From a virus (taxonomy: Duplodnaviria; Caudoviricetes): a DNA stretch of 41,227 nucleotides. How positions within the stretch are numbered: the stretch's first letter is position 1; the number at the start of each line of letters is the position of its first letter. Positions 30,788 through 41,227 of the stretch are shown one piece after another. The notes under the pieces were generated by a model. That model was not told where the DNA came from. It worked only from the letters and a program-made list of their open reading frames with translations, and made no database searches. The position numbers and the translations under genes were made by a program. The DNA is taken from positions 1 to 41,227 of the IMG/VR virus record IMGVR_UViG_3300032260_000009; one strand, 5' to 3'.

Positions 30788-31966
30788 CTAACTGTCAGCT
30801 TCAGCAGCCTGAGCAACAAGTTGTAATCTATACATTCTTTCTCTTCATTCTTTGAAAGTTTTAAGACCATATCTAGCCCATGTAAAGAAATTTTTACCAA
30901 GTTGTAATGGTTTATCTTTGATAACAAAGTTTATACCTTTTTGTATAGACATTGTTATAGCTCATTTTTCCATTATAACATTGTTTATAATAACTGCATC
31001 CCAGTTATCCGCAACAACAGTCATACTAGAAGAAACAGCTCTATAACCTCTAAGAGAAGTTAAAGTCATAGAAGTAGTATTGTCAGTAGCAGTTAATCCA
31101 AATAGTTTTCTTCTTCTGTCTTCAACAGATACCTCTATATAAGTAGAAGCCCCAGGAGTACCAGTACCATTAATTGCGTTTACTAAGTTATCTAATGTAG
31201 TAGCCGCAGTACCAGATAAATCAACATCACCAGGAGCAGAAGGAGCAGCAACAAATGTAAATACTACACCGTTAACAGTTACTGTATCGTTAGCAGTTGG
31301 TTCAGTGCTAAAATCTAATGCAGTAGTAGCAGTTAATAGAGTAGATTGTACAACAGAAGTACCAGCGAAACTTCTACCAATAAACCCTCTTCTATATGCA
31401 ATATCAGCTTCGCTAAAGGTATTTCACAGTGCAGAGTCACCGATAGTAGCAAGAGAATGTGGATCTATTACAGATACTAATTTTGAATTATCAACACCAT
31501 TATTTACTAGTGAAGCAACAGCGTTTGTATATGTTCAAACAGTATTTTGAGAAGCACCAGCAATTAAAGTAATAGGAGAACTATTAGTTTGATCAGCATT
31601 TAATACTTCATTGTAAAAATTACCATCCATATCTTCTCTTATTTGTTGAGCAGCCTTTACAGCTAAATCATCAAGTAAGTTCCAGCTTATCTCTAGTAAT
31701 TCTATTTCATCAATTCCATAAGGAACTAATGGAGTTTCATTTATTGTAAGTGTTTCATCTTCAGTGTTTGAATCAGTTACAACTACATCTGTATTCTTAG
31801 TATAAGAAGTAAGAGTGTTGAAATCAATTCTAGGTTCATGCCAAGTTACCCCATGTGGCATGTCAACCATTCTAGCAAGAGATAAAGCAGTAGTTTTAAA
31901 AAATAACTCTGCTTGTACTCTCCTAGAGTAATGTCTTTGTGTTAAGGAATCTAATACATTAGCCAT
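30788..31966 (-). CDS. Major capsid protein (392 aa) with an inserted beta-rich domain
   Basis: Follows the scaffold; ETLTINE..AAQQIREDMD..VIDP..G.IG..AG..V..S..YGLKTF pattern of P22-like HK97-fold coats. Confidence 0.85.
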
Positions 31967-32011
31967 AATATCAGTTTTAGATAGTAAAATAATTTTACTA
32001 CCACACTATAC

Positions 32012-32614
32012 CTAATTAAACGGAATTACTGTTTTCTTTTGAGCATTAGCCCAAGTATCATATTGTTCAGCTGACAACTTCATTGTTCAAGCTTCTTCAT
32101 GAGTTAATTCAGTTAGTTTCTTTTTCTTTGGAGCATTCACACTTTTTGTATTAAACATTTTGTATGATTGCGATTCTTCAGGTAATTGTGCTTTAGCGTA
32201 TGCAAAAGCTTTTTCAAAAGAAATTCAAGGGTATTCATCAAGAGCTTCTTTTATTTGGTTTTTAATCTCTCATGCTCAAGGAGTATCAGTGATAAATTCC
32301 AAGAAATCAACTCTATCATAGTCAGTAGTTGAGTCATCAACTGAATCATCTTCTACTTCATCGGGCTTTTCACTTAATTTAGATTCAAGCTCAGCAATTC
32401 TCCTATCTTTTTCTTTATTTAAATCAGATAACTTTTTAAAGTTAGATTTATTCTTTTTTTGCATATCTGAGGTTGTAGTTTCCTCTCTACTTGATTCAGA
32501 TTTATCATCAGAGGCAGTAGTATCCTCACTAGGTATTTCAATTGTATCTTGACTTGGCTCGTTTTGAGTTGGGTCTTGAGTAATATCAATATCTAGTACT
32601 TGTTTATCAGACAT
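32012..32614 (-). CDS. Scaffolding protein (200 aa)
   Basis: Acidic disordered N-terminus, coiled coil, KLSAEQYDTW C-terminus; directly upstream of the capsid gene. Confidence 0.75.
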
Positions 32615-32707
32615 ATATTAAATATGTTAATTGTAAGGCTCACTTAAGAGCTTAAGCATAAAGCTTAATTCCAGTTGTCAAGAATTACTTGATAACTGAG
32701 TTAGGTT

Positions 32708-33193
32708 TTATACTGATTGGTCCTCTGGACTCTCATATATATCATATTTATCCTTCAAAGACATCTCTTCTCAAGGATTCATTACTCATATTACGAATAT
32801 ATGGAAATCTTTTTCATGTAACATTTTCCATTTACACATATCATCTTCTGTAAAAACAGCAACATCTTTTGAGATCCCAAAATTATTAGTTACAGCATTC
32901 ATATATTGAGATTTGATATTATCAGCTTGTTCTTGTAATAATTTTCTCAATAATACAGCTCATTCACTTTCTCATTTTATATCTTCTATCTTAGACAAAA
33001 ATATTTTTCTTTTTTGTATTTGTAAGGCATTTTCACTATATGTAGCTTCATTAGAAAGATATTCTTCTGTATTATACTTAGCCTCAAATTTATTATAAGC
33101 ATTTTCAAAGACATTTGAATACTTTTTTAATATATTTTGATATTCTGGTGATTTTATATATTTAATCACTTCTAATTGTTGTTCTTTATCCAT
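32708..33193 (-). CDS. Hypothetical protein between portal and scaffold (161 aa)
   Basis: Track ORF extended through TGA. Confidence 0.7.
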
Positions 33194-33195
33194 AT

Positions 33196-35058
33196 TTATT
33201 GGTTAGATTGTAAAAGTTGTTGGTTTTCATTAGCAATTGTACTCATTGCTTGTGAAGCTATATTATTAGATACTGATTCGTTTTCTCATTCTTGTGGTAG
33301 TGGCTTTCATTTAACTTTATATAATCTCATTAGACTATATCTATATAGATCTACATTTGGTCAAGGTCTAGCCGCTTTAATGGCACTTAAATGAGTCATT
33401 GGGTCGTAATCTTGTCTCACTTGTACATTAATTCAAGCATTAAGGGAACTTACATTAATTATAGCCTCTATTTCATCTGGAGTATAATCAATTATTCTTT
33501 CTGCTTTCTCTTCATCTAATCATAGAGTTTGAAAATAGTCTCTATATAAGAATTTCTGTGCTGATTCACTTAGATTTAGGTTTTGAATTAATCATATAGC
33601 GGTTCAATATGCTAATCTTAGTTTATTTTCTTTCTTTTCTTTTTCAATAACTGTAACTATCTTGATTCTTACATTATCTCATAGAGCAAAGTCTTTTTTT
33701 GATAAATCTCTAGGAACTACCCCATAAGAAGTAATAACATTAACTCTTTTCTTGTCTTTTGTAGTTAGATTTTCTCTTAGTCAGTTTATATATAGGTTAA
33801 GTAATTGTTTTTCTCCCCATGCTTCTATCTTAGCATTTAATGCTAGGTTAACATCTGTTGCATCTTGGATCAATTCATTAGTTCAAACTCATTCTCTTCT
33901 TTCTGGGCTACTACCTTTTTGTATTCTACCTATAGAAACAGCTGATTCAACTGTTGCATCTAAACTCTGATCTATAATAAATGAATTATCCGCTCTAAAA
34001 TCTTTTTGTAAAGGTCTTAAACCATTATCAAGACTCTCTCACTCTAGAGGATTAGCATCTATAATTTTATTAAATCAGAATTCTAAATCAGTAGCATTAG
34101 GGATGATTCTTTTATTCCTAAGATACATAGGGTAGAGTTCAGCTTTACTCTTATCTAGTCTTAAATTAGCTATTTCTGCTTTAACTCTTTGAGTATCTCA
34201 AGTGATTTGAGTAACTCTCATACCTGTAGGAGTGCCATCTGGTCTCCAGTAAGAGAATGCAAAAGGCATAGAATCTAATAAATATATTTTTAGTATTAAA
34301 CCGTTAGAGTTTCAAGTTATAACTAAAGCTAGTTGTGAACCTCTATCTCATCTGAAAGTAGTTGCATGATAGTATACTTTATAGGATGGATTATAAGATT
34401 CTTGTGACTCATTATAAAATTGTGTATTTATTCATACATTTTGTTGATCTGTTATTTTAGGATCTTGAATTCTAGTTGTGTTTCTATCTTCTATTTGTAA
34501 TTCATCATCCCATAAACCCCACTCATTTAATTCATTCCTATATACATCTCTATTAAATCAAGCAAAACTATATCTTCCTATAGGATAGTCCCCCTCTGGG
34601 TCAAATGTCATATTTCTAGGGTCTACATATTGAAAAGTTGACTTCTTTGTTTTTCAATCCCATCAATTCCTTACAGTTATACCAACTCAAAATAAATACT
34701 TATGAAAATCTCTCCAATATTTAACTATTTCCATATCATCTGAACTAAAATCTTCTTCTAGTGCATTATTTAAGTTTTTTATTTTATTATCCTCTCAAAT
34801 ATCACTTGATTCAAATACTGATTCTGGTCTAGTTATATAACTCCTTGCCATTAGAGCGGAATGTGTTGAAAAAACGGTCCAATCTCATATCTTTTCTTTT
34901 TTTGATTGTCTTTTTGTTGATCTATATAGTTTATAATCTGCTTCTAGATCTTGTTTAATATTAACCATAGCTGAATCTCATCTATCGTACTCATCTCTTA
35001 CTTGTAAAAGTATATCATCTTCAGAGAGACCAGTCTTTTTAATTAAATCCTGTAACAT
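33196..35058 (-). CDS. Portal protein (620 aa)
   Basis: Size and position after terL; FGVGI..W..P.FQYVDPRNMTFDP; DHMTHL-like C-terminal motif. Confidence 0.8.
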
Positions 35059-35116
35059 GTGATATATATTAATAGTTATTTGTTAACATAATATTTATTA
35101 TGTGATTCGTGTCAAG

Positions 35117-36682
35117 CTAATAAATATCAAAGTCTGGTTCAAAATCTGTTTTTACTTTGGTTCATTCCACTTCATCTATAAGAGATTGGATAAAGGAAGC
35201 ATTATTTTCTTCTTTATTAGTTTCTTTTAGGTCTACTTCATCTAAGGTTCAGTCATGATGGTTCTTAATAATCCACCACATACGGAAACTAATCATATCA
35301 GCTAGATCTGGTGACCTACCTAGTCTCTCTTTTAATTCTTTTTTACCTTCTAATTTAATTTTAGAATCATTATCTATATCTACTTGTCTAATAAACAACA
35401 GTTCTTCTATTATATCTTCTTTTAATTGTCATTCAGCATCTATCGTTATACTTCAATCTTGCACATATTTTTGTAAGTAGAAGAAAGCTTGTGTTTTTAA
35501 ATTTTGGTAGTTTCTCTTTTTATAAGACAATAGTTTAGCTGAATATGGTTGTAAAGGGCTGGCATTTGCGATAAAACCCTTACATCATAGCATATCTACT
35601 AATCACCCTCATACTCACACTTCATCTACTATAACATTATCAATAGAAATACTATACTTATCAATAATTTTTTCTATAAATTCTTTTTGAGATACTAGAT
35701 TATCTTTAGCTATTCTATCTATCTTAATAAGATGTAATCACTTCCGAAGTCAAATTTCAGTAGCATCTTTACCTTGTCTTGCTGCATCTATTGTTAGATA
35801 ATAAGATCACTCTCATGTCTTTTTTCTAAACATATCAGACACCTCATCTATATTGAATAAAAGTCAAGGATCATCTGAGTAGTCAAAATTACCATATAGT
35901 AGTCTTTCTCTACTAATTTTATCAAGATTCTTAAGATTATCTATATAAGAAGGAGGTAAGAATGGGTTATCAGTAGGTAGAGATTGTATAAATTGTCTAT
36001 ATTTCTCTAGACTACCATTTCTCCATGGTTTATAGAAGTCTGTATAGATAAAGTTTCTTCAGGGGTTACAAGACATGAAATTTTTAGGTTTTTCTTGTTT
36101 CCATAATACCACTGAATATTCTGAAAGTTGTTCATTATGATGAATTACTCAGTGTCTAGGTCTTGTTTTGGTTCATTCTGACAGCCATTTTTCACATTCT
36201 TCTCTAGTTTTGGCTCTATATTGTTCAGGTCATAAGAGATTACGGATACGGGAATTAATAATTTGTCTAGCTTTATCGTCTATTTCTTGTGCTTCATCTA
36301 TAAACACTCATGTAAATTCCATAGATCATAGTCTATCGAATTCAGGATCACTAGGATTGTAGTTTAAATCCATTAATACTACTTTAGAACCGTTTTTAAA
36401 AGTCATTACACCTTTTTGATCATCATATTTATATGATTTATCAGTAAATCAGAGTTCTGTCAAGACTTGTCTAAAGGTAACTAGTGTAGAGAGTTTAATT
36501 TTCTTAAGTTCAGACCTTCATATACACCAAGTAGATCATGGTTTACTGGCAATTTCAGTAGCTAACCAAAAAGAACCTAACTTAGATTTACCTCATCAGG
36601 CTCAACCTCAGTAAACTATTTCAGTTGTTATATCATCAGTTAGATACTTCCATGCTTCTGCTTGTCTTTTAAATAAACGCAT
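35117..36682 (-). CDS. terL: Terminase large subunit (521 aa)
   Basis: Walker A YGGGAGGGKS, Walker B VFIDEAQE, SCNP, DNPFLP, IDAARQGKD, VDEVGVGGG, RLGRSPDLAD. Confidence 0.97.
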
Positions 36683-36921
36683 TAATTATATCTATTATGT
36701 AATTTAAAATAATCTAAGTGTCAGAATTCTTTTTTAAACCATTCTTTAAAATGATCTGGAGTAGTTTTATAGTCCCATAATCAATTTACTTTATATTCTT
36801 TTCAGTCTCTTATATATCTACCATCATTTCATTCATCCCTTACAAAGTATTCGCAATAATTCATAGCTTGATCTAGTTCGGCTAGAAAAGGCTCGTTAGC
36901 TTTTCTCTTAAGTCTAGTCAT
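36682..36921 (-). CDS. Hypothetical protein (79 aa)
   Basis: TAATG coupled to terL. Confidence 0.55.
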
Positions 36922-36961
36922 TTATCTAGTACTTTTTGTTTAATTGTTTCTGGTATCATAG

Positions 36962-37207
36962 TTATAAAGTTATATTATTAAAGTATCTAAATTTATCTAA
37001 ATTTTCTTTTGTTAATGATTTAGGAGTGAATCTATATCAACAAGAACACTGTCTCATTTGTATTACATCAACAACGGGGTTATTAGTTCTATCACAGAAG
37101 TTTCAATCTGCGTCTATTTCCACTCATTGTCACCAAGTATCAGGGGATTTACATATTTGACACATATTATGATGTTTAATAAAGGCTTGTTCTAGTTTAG
37201 TTATCAT
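36962..37207 (-). CDS. Zinc-ribbon protein (81 aa)
   Basis: CQICKS...QCSCG. Confidence 0.6.
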
Positions 37208-37213
37208 AGTTAA

Positions 37214-37702
37214 TTAGTTATAAAGTATATTAATATTAAATCTCTGTAAGTCTTCACTGAACATCTCAATTAATTCTTGAGGAGGGTTAGCTTGCTGAGT
37301 ACCTAATAAAGGCGAGGCATACCATACATTCTCTATCTCCTTTAACAATCATAACTCAACTAAGGGTTTTCTACTCTTACTAAGCTTACTAAAACTATAA
37401 TCATAGTCACTCTTAAATTTATGGAAATTAACTATATTATCCATATCTATATAAGGAGTAAATTTAGTTATAAATGCAATATCTGTATCTCTTAACTTAT
37501 TATTAATCTCTAAATTAAGTTTCCTATCTATCCATCTCTTCATAAATTTCTTATTATTAGTAAGTTTAAATTTATACTTTACATTATCTATCTCAGTATC
37601 CACAACTTCTCATCATCCATCCATCAACAATAACTCTCAATTCAATATCATCTTCTCCTGCTGTTTTGTTAATTTTCTTTTGACAAGTCGCGTTATATTC
37701 AT
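37214..37702 (-). CDS. RepL-like winged-helix replication/maintenance protein (162 aa)
   Basis: PYIDMDNIV..KLSKSRKPLVELGLLKEIENVWYASPLLG resembles the plasmid RepL wHTH. Confidence 0.55.
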
Positions 37703-38220
37703 ATCATACATACAATATAGGATTAAGTGAACAGCTTAGTCCTATTTTATTTATGTTTCCAATATTAGCAAATCTTTTTCCTTTTATTAACAAATCTTTT
37801 TCCAATAAAAGAAACATGTAAAATCATTAACTCTTACCTTAACAATCAATAAAACTAACTACTAACATAGAGTTTCACCTCTATCTATCTTTTATATTAC
37901 TTTGTTAATTCCTTATAAATTCTAGTGAAATGGAATGGAACGAATAACAGTAATACTAGATAAAATGATAATATGTGAGATTAAATCTGAAAATTGAGAA
38001 AAATTTGGAGATGGTATAGATGTATATATTAGCCTACCCCTTTGTTAAATTACCCCATACCGGGTCCCTCTATCTAATAACTCCCTTATTCAATCAATAC
38101 AGCTCATAAATACACAATAATCACCCTAAAACATCGTCTTAGAGTGATTTAAATTCCTTTTAGGATACAATATACCTTAGAAGTATTATTAATCATAGCA
38201 CATAAGCATAGTTATGTGAA

Positions 38221-38634
38221 CTATTTATTATTAATTACTTGTATATTTATCTGTGATGGCATACCAGAGCCGTTATTAGTGTCTACTCATTCAATTAAAC
38301 CATTAATCTTTTGAGATTTTAAAGCTAAATCAATAAATTTTTCAAGGTTTTCCTCGTTTAAATTATCCATTTTAGCGACTTTTTTCGCGAACATTTTACT
38401 AATTCTATTAATAGCAAACCTATTATTCATCAAAGTATCTTGATAATCGTTCGCATTGTCCCTTATTTCTTTATTCAGCTCTCTGCTTATGACACTTTTC
38501 TTTATTCAGGTTTCACTTTCTACCTCTCTGATTGATTTATCTGACGTCATATACATGGTCATAGCTTCTTTTTTCTTATTGATATATTCTGGATTTTGGG
38601 CTATTTGTCTAGGATGAGTTTTAGCTTCTATCAT
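38221..38634 (-). CDS. Terminase small subunit (137 aa)
   Basis: N-terminal HTH (KSIREVESETGIKKSVISR), helical core, C-terminal QINIQVI strand; upstream of terL. Confidence 0.7.
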
Positions 38635-38906
38635 AATACTTAGTTAGTGATAATACACATATATTACACAAAGATAACAAAAAAAGCAAGTTTTAGTTTA
38701 CTTGCTTAAATTCTAACACATATAGAAACATCTTACTATACTTTGTCTTTCATCCTCTAATTACTGTAAAATCTTTAAAGTTTTCATTCATAACTTTCAA
38801 AAACTCTCTATAGTTTAATTTAGTTTGAATATCTAATCTTTGATCTTCAGTATTATAAGGATTAAGAAGCTCGTATCATATTCACAAGCTCCTTAGTTTT
38901 TTTAAA

Positions 38907-39080
38907 TTATCCATTTATATGACTGTTAGCGTATCTAGTAGCTCAAGCCAATGTTTTAAAATCCTTTCAACCAGTTACTTGATCTTTATTAATCATCTTA
39001 GTTACTCTATGATAACCAAATTCATCTTTTTGAATTCTAGCATTTCTATTCCCTTTATTTAACATCTTTATTGTTTCCAT
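38907..39080 (-). CDS. Hypothetical protein (57 aa)
   Basis: Ends FKTLAGATRYA; open in code 25. Confidence 0.55.
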
Positions 39081-39293
39081 GTGTATATAATTAATTATTA
39101 AAATGGTAAATCTTATATAGCAACTAAAGTACATTCTCCACAACAATTCCAAACACTTATTTTATTATTATGTATTTCAAATCTATCTCTTGATCCTCAT
39201 ACTAACCATAATCATTCTATTCCCCAAGTATATTTCTTATCAAAGTCTACTGATTCTACTTTATGTAATGCTTTGTCTCTCTCATTTTTTTTA

Positions 39294-39632
39294 TTACACT
39301 AAAATATATTTATATTGATGTAATAACTTGTTTATATAATCAAACAAACTGTCATTGATAATTTGTTCTCAGTCTTCATCTATTTCTCAAAATCTGACAT
39401 TGTCATAAAAATAGAAACTTGTAAACTCTTTTTCTTCATTTACATCAAAAGAAATCCCCATAAAGTCTTCAGTTATAAATCATCATTCTGTTTTTGGATT
39501 TACTTTTTCTTTTACAGAAAAAGTAAAATTGGTATATTCTATTCACATATGAGTATGTGAGTCTTTACTTATAATTAAAGTTCTTTTTTCTCAAAAAAAA
39601 TCTACTTCTTCTTTTTTTAATATATTTTCCAT
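39294..39632 (-). CDS. Acidic hypothetical protein (112 aa)
   Basis: First gene after the promoter at 39748-39775. Confidence 0.55.
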
Positions 39633-39747
39633 AATTTAAATAATTATTAATATAATGTTTTTTATATTAAGCTCCGTTGGTACGGTTTACTTTAGATTTA
39701 TTTAGCTATAAGCTGTTAAGTGATTTGTATCTCTTAAGCTTGAATAC

Positions 39748-39775
39748 ATTATATCAAATTAATTATGGAATGCAA
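39748..39775 (-). promoter_or_regulatory. Sigma70-type promoter
   Basis: TTGCAT-16-TATAAT with an extended TG. Confidence 0.7.
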
Positions 39776-40380
39776 ATTTATATTCCACTATTCTTTAATC
39801 TTTCCCTATACCTTAGCTTAGCAATAGCATTGTTAAGCCTTTTTCTCTCTTTTTGCTTTTCTTTAATTTCTCTTGCTATTTCTTCTCTTTGTTGCATAAG
39901 TTGTTCTAATTTTGTGATCATATTATTTAAATTTCAAATTAAAATATATTATTATTGTTAATCCTATACACCAATATACACTAGTGCATAGTAATCAGAA
40001 CATTCTACTACTTCAATTAAATTGTTAGTTCTTCCATACATTTTCTAGCTATTAATCTTCTAGCTCATTTAGTTGGCATCTTGACTCATTTATATATTCA
40101 GACTTTAAATAAAGCGTCATTCATATTCTGTTGTATTTCTTTATCTGTATATTGCCTTTTCATAGTTTAATTAAAGTTATATGTTATTATAAATTAAAAT
40201 AATATACATTTCTTAGGTCTTTTTTCAACTTCTGTATCTCATCTCTTTGACTTCAAAGAGTCATTCTTTGTTTACTTTGTATCTAAATATTATATCCTTA
40301 TAATATTTAGATATTTCATCTTCTCATTCCACAATTCTTTTTTCAATACATAAGTATCATTCTTCGTTTATATACATAGT

Positions 40381-40947
40381 TTAATGAATTCAAAATAAAA
40401 TATTATATTGTTCTCTTAATTCACTTAGTGCTTGGGCTGCTTTTTTTTCTGAGGAGTAGTATATTTCTCATAATCTCTTTTTTTCTTGTTCATCTATATA
40501 TAAATCCCAGTTATCTCATTCATAACTATATCAATATCATATATACCATTGCTCAGTTAGTACATTCATATCATTCTTATATTTCCATCTTTTAATTTTA
40601 GCTATTGCTTTTCTTTTCTTTAATTCTTGTTCTGCTTCTTTCTGACTCATAAAAGCATTTCAGATATTTAATAAATCTTGGTCAACATAATTACCATATC
40701 TATTTTGTATAAATTCCCCACTAGAAGCTATATAATAATACTTATCCCCCTCTTTTAAATCATATATTGATCCAGCTTCTTCTATCTTTTCAAAATAATC
40801 AGTGTTATCTATACCTATAAGTTCTGCTAATATATGTTCTTTCTTAATCAGTTCCTCTTCTTGTCATAAATAAGGTAATTTATGAGGATACTCGAACTCA
40901 GTTCATGCATTAGCTCAGTTTATGTCTTTCTTTAATTTATATTTCAT
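40381..40947 (-). CDS. Conserved phage hypothetical protein (188 aa)
   Basis: EGDKYYYIASSG..D..IGNAFMSQKEAE..YYSSEKKAAQA. Confidence 0.7.
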
Positions 40948-41100
40948 TTGTATTGTTATAAGTGGTTAAATATATAAATGAAACTAGTAACTGACGCTTT
41001 GCTAATCTTATTGTTAGTAGCTCCATACATATTTTTCATCAGTTTCAATTGCTCTAATATTTGTTTTCATTCTTTCTCTTTATTATATAATTAAATTAAT

Positions 41101-41227
41101 TATTTTCTTCTTGTATAACCTTTTTTGCTCAAACAAACAAAGCTATCAACATATCACAATCTTCTTGTGTAGCAACTTCCACAAAATTAGGTCATCATAA
41201 TTTTGATAAAATAAATTTCATAGTCGC
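41101..41227. repeat. Terminal direct repeat, copy 2
   Basis: Identical to 1-127. Confidence 0.95.

Noticed and set aside
36085-36235. Intein or intron in terL
   Set aside because: Too short, frame is open, and no splice-junction residues
36580-36620. TGA=Trp (code 4) or a pseudogenised terminase
   Set aside because: Only Gly restores Walker A and many other motifs; TGG is used at Trp positions
39110-39293. Gene after an A8 run
   Set aside because: The plausible coding frame has no start codon; could be a fragment, but I cannot assign a family

Overview
This is a complete, circularly assembled ~41.1 kb AT-rich tailed-phage genome (1-127 repeats exactly at 41101-41227) with a podovirus/P22-like gene order. 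Nearly all genes are on the minus strand. It uses genetic code 25 (TGA=Gly): the terminase Walker A reads Y-TGA-G-TGA-A-TGA-TGA-G-K-S. This points to a Gracilibacteria/Absconditabacteria (CPR) host and explains why the supplied ORF track is fragmented. Two conserved-Trp positions are encoded by CGG, hinting at a second reassignment. Re-reading in code 25 gives: terS; a RepL-like gene; terL, portal, scaffold, capsid, adaptor and nozzle; two ejection proteins (one with an atypical M23 domain); tail fibres; and a lysis-position module with a stand-alone response-regulator receiver, membrane proteins, a PLA2-like protein and a papain-fold peptidase. Early genes include ERF, NinB, RusA, HNH, a PNK-like kinase, a pentapeptide-repeat protein and tRNA-Trp. 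I recognised no integrase or CI-type repressor. The most unusual region is 12.6-14.1 kb: three tandem promoter-small RNA-terminator units sit next to leaders carrying terminators. One small RNA is complementary to sites in several leaders, suggesting an RNA-based regulatory circuit. All translations and RNA folds were done by eye, and family assignments rest on motif recognition, not database searches.
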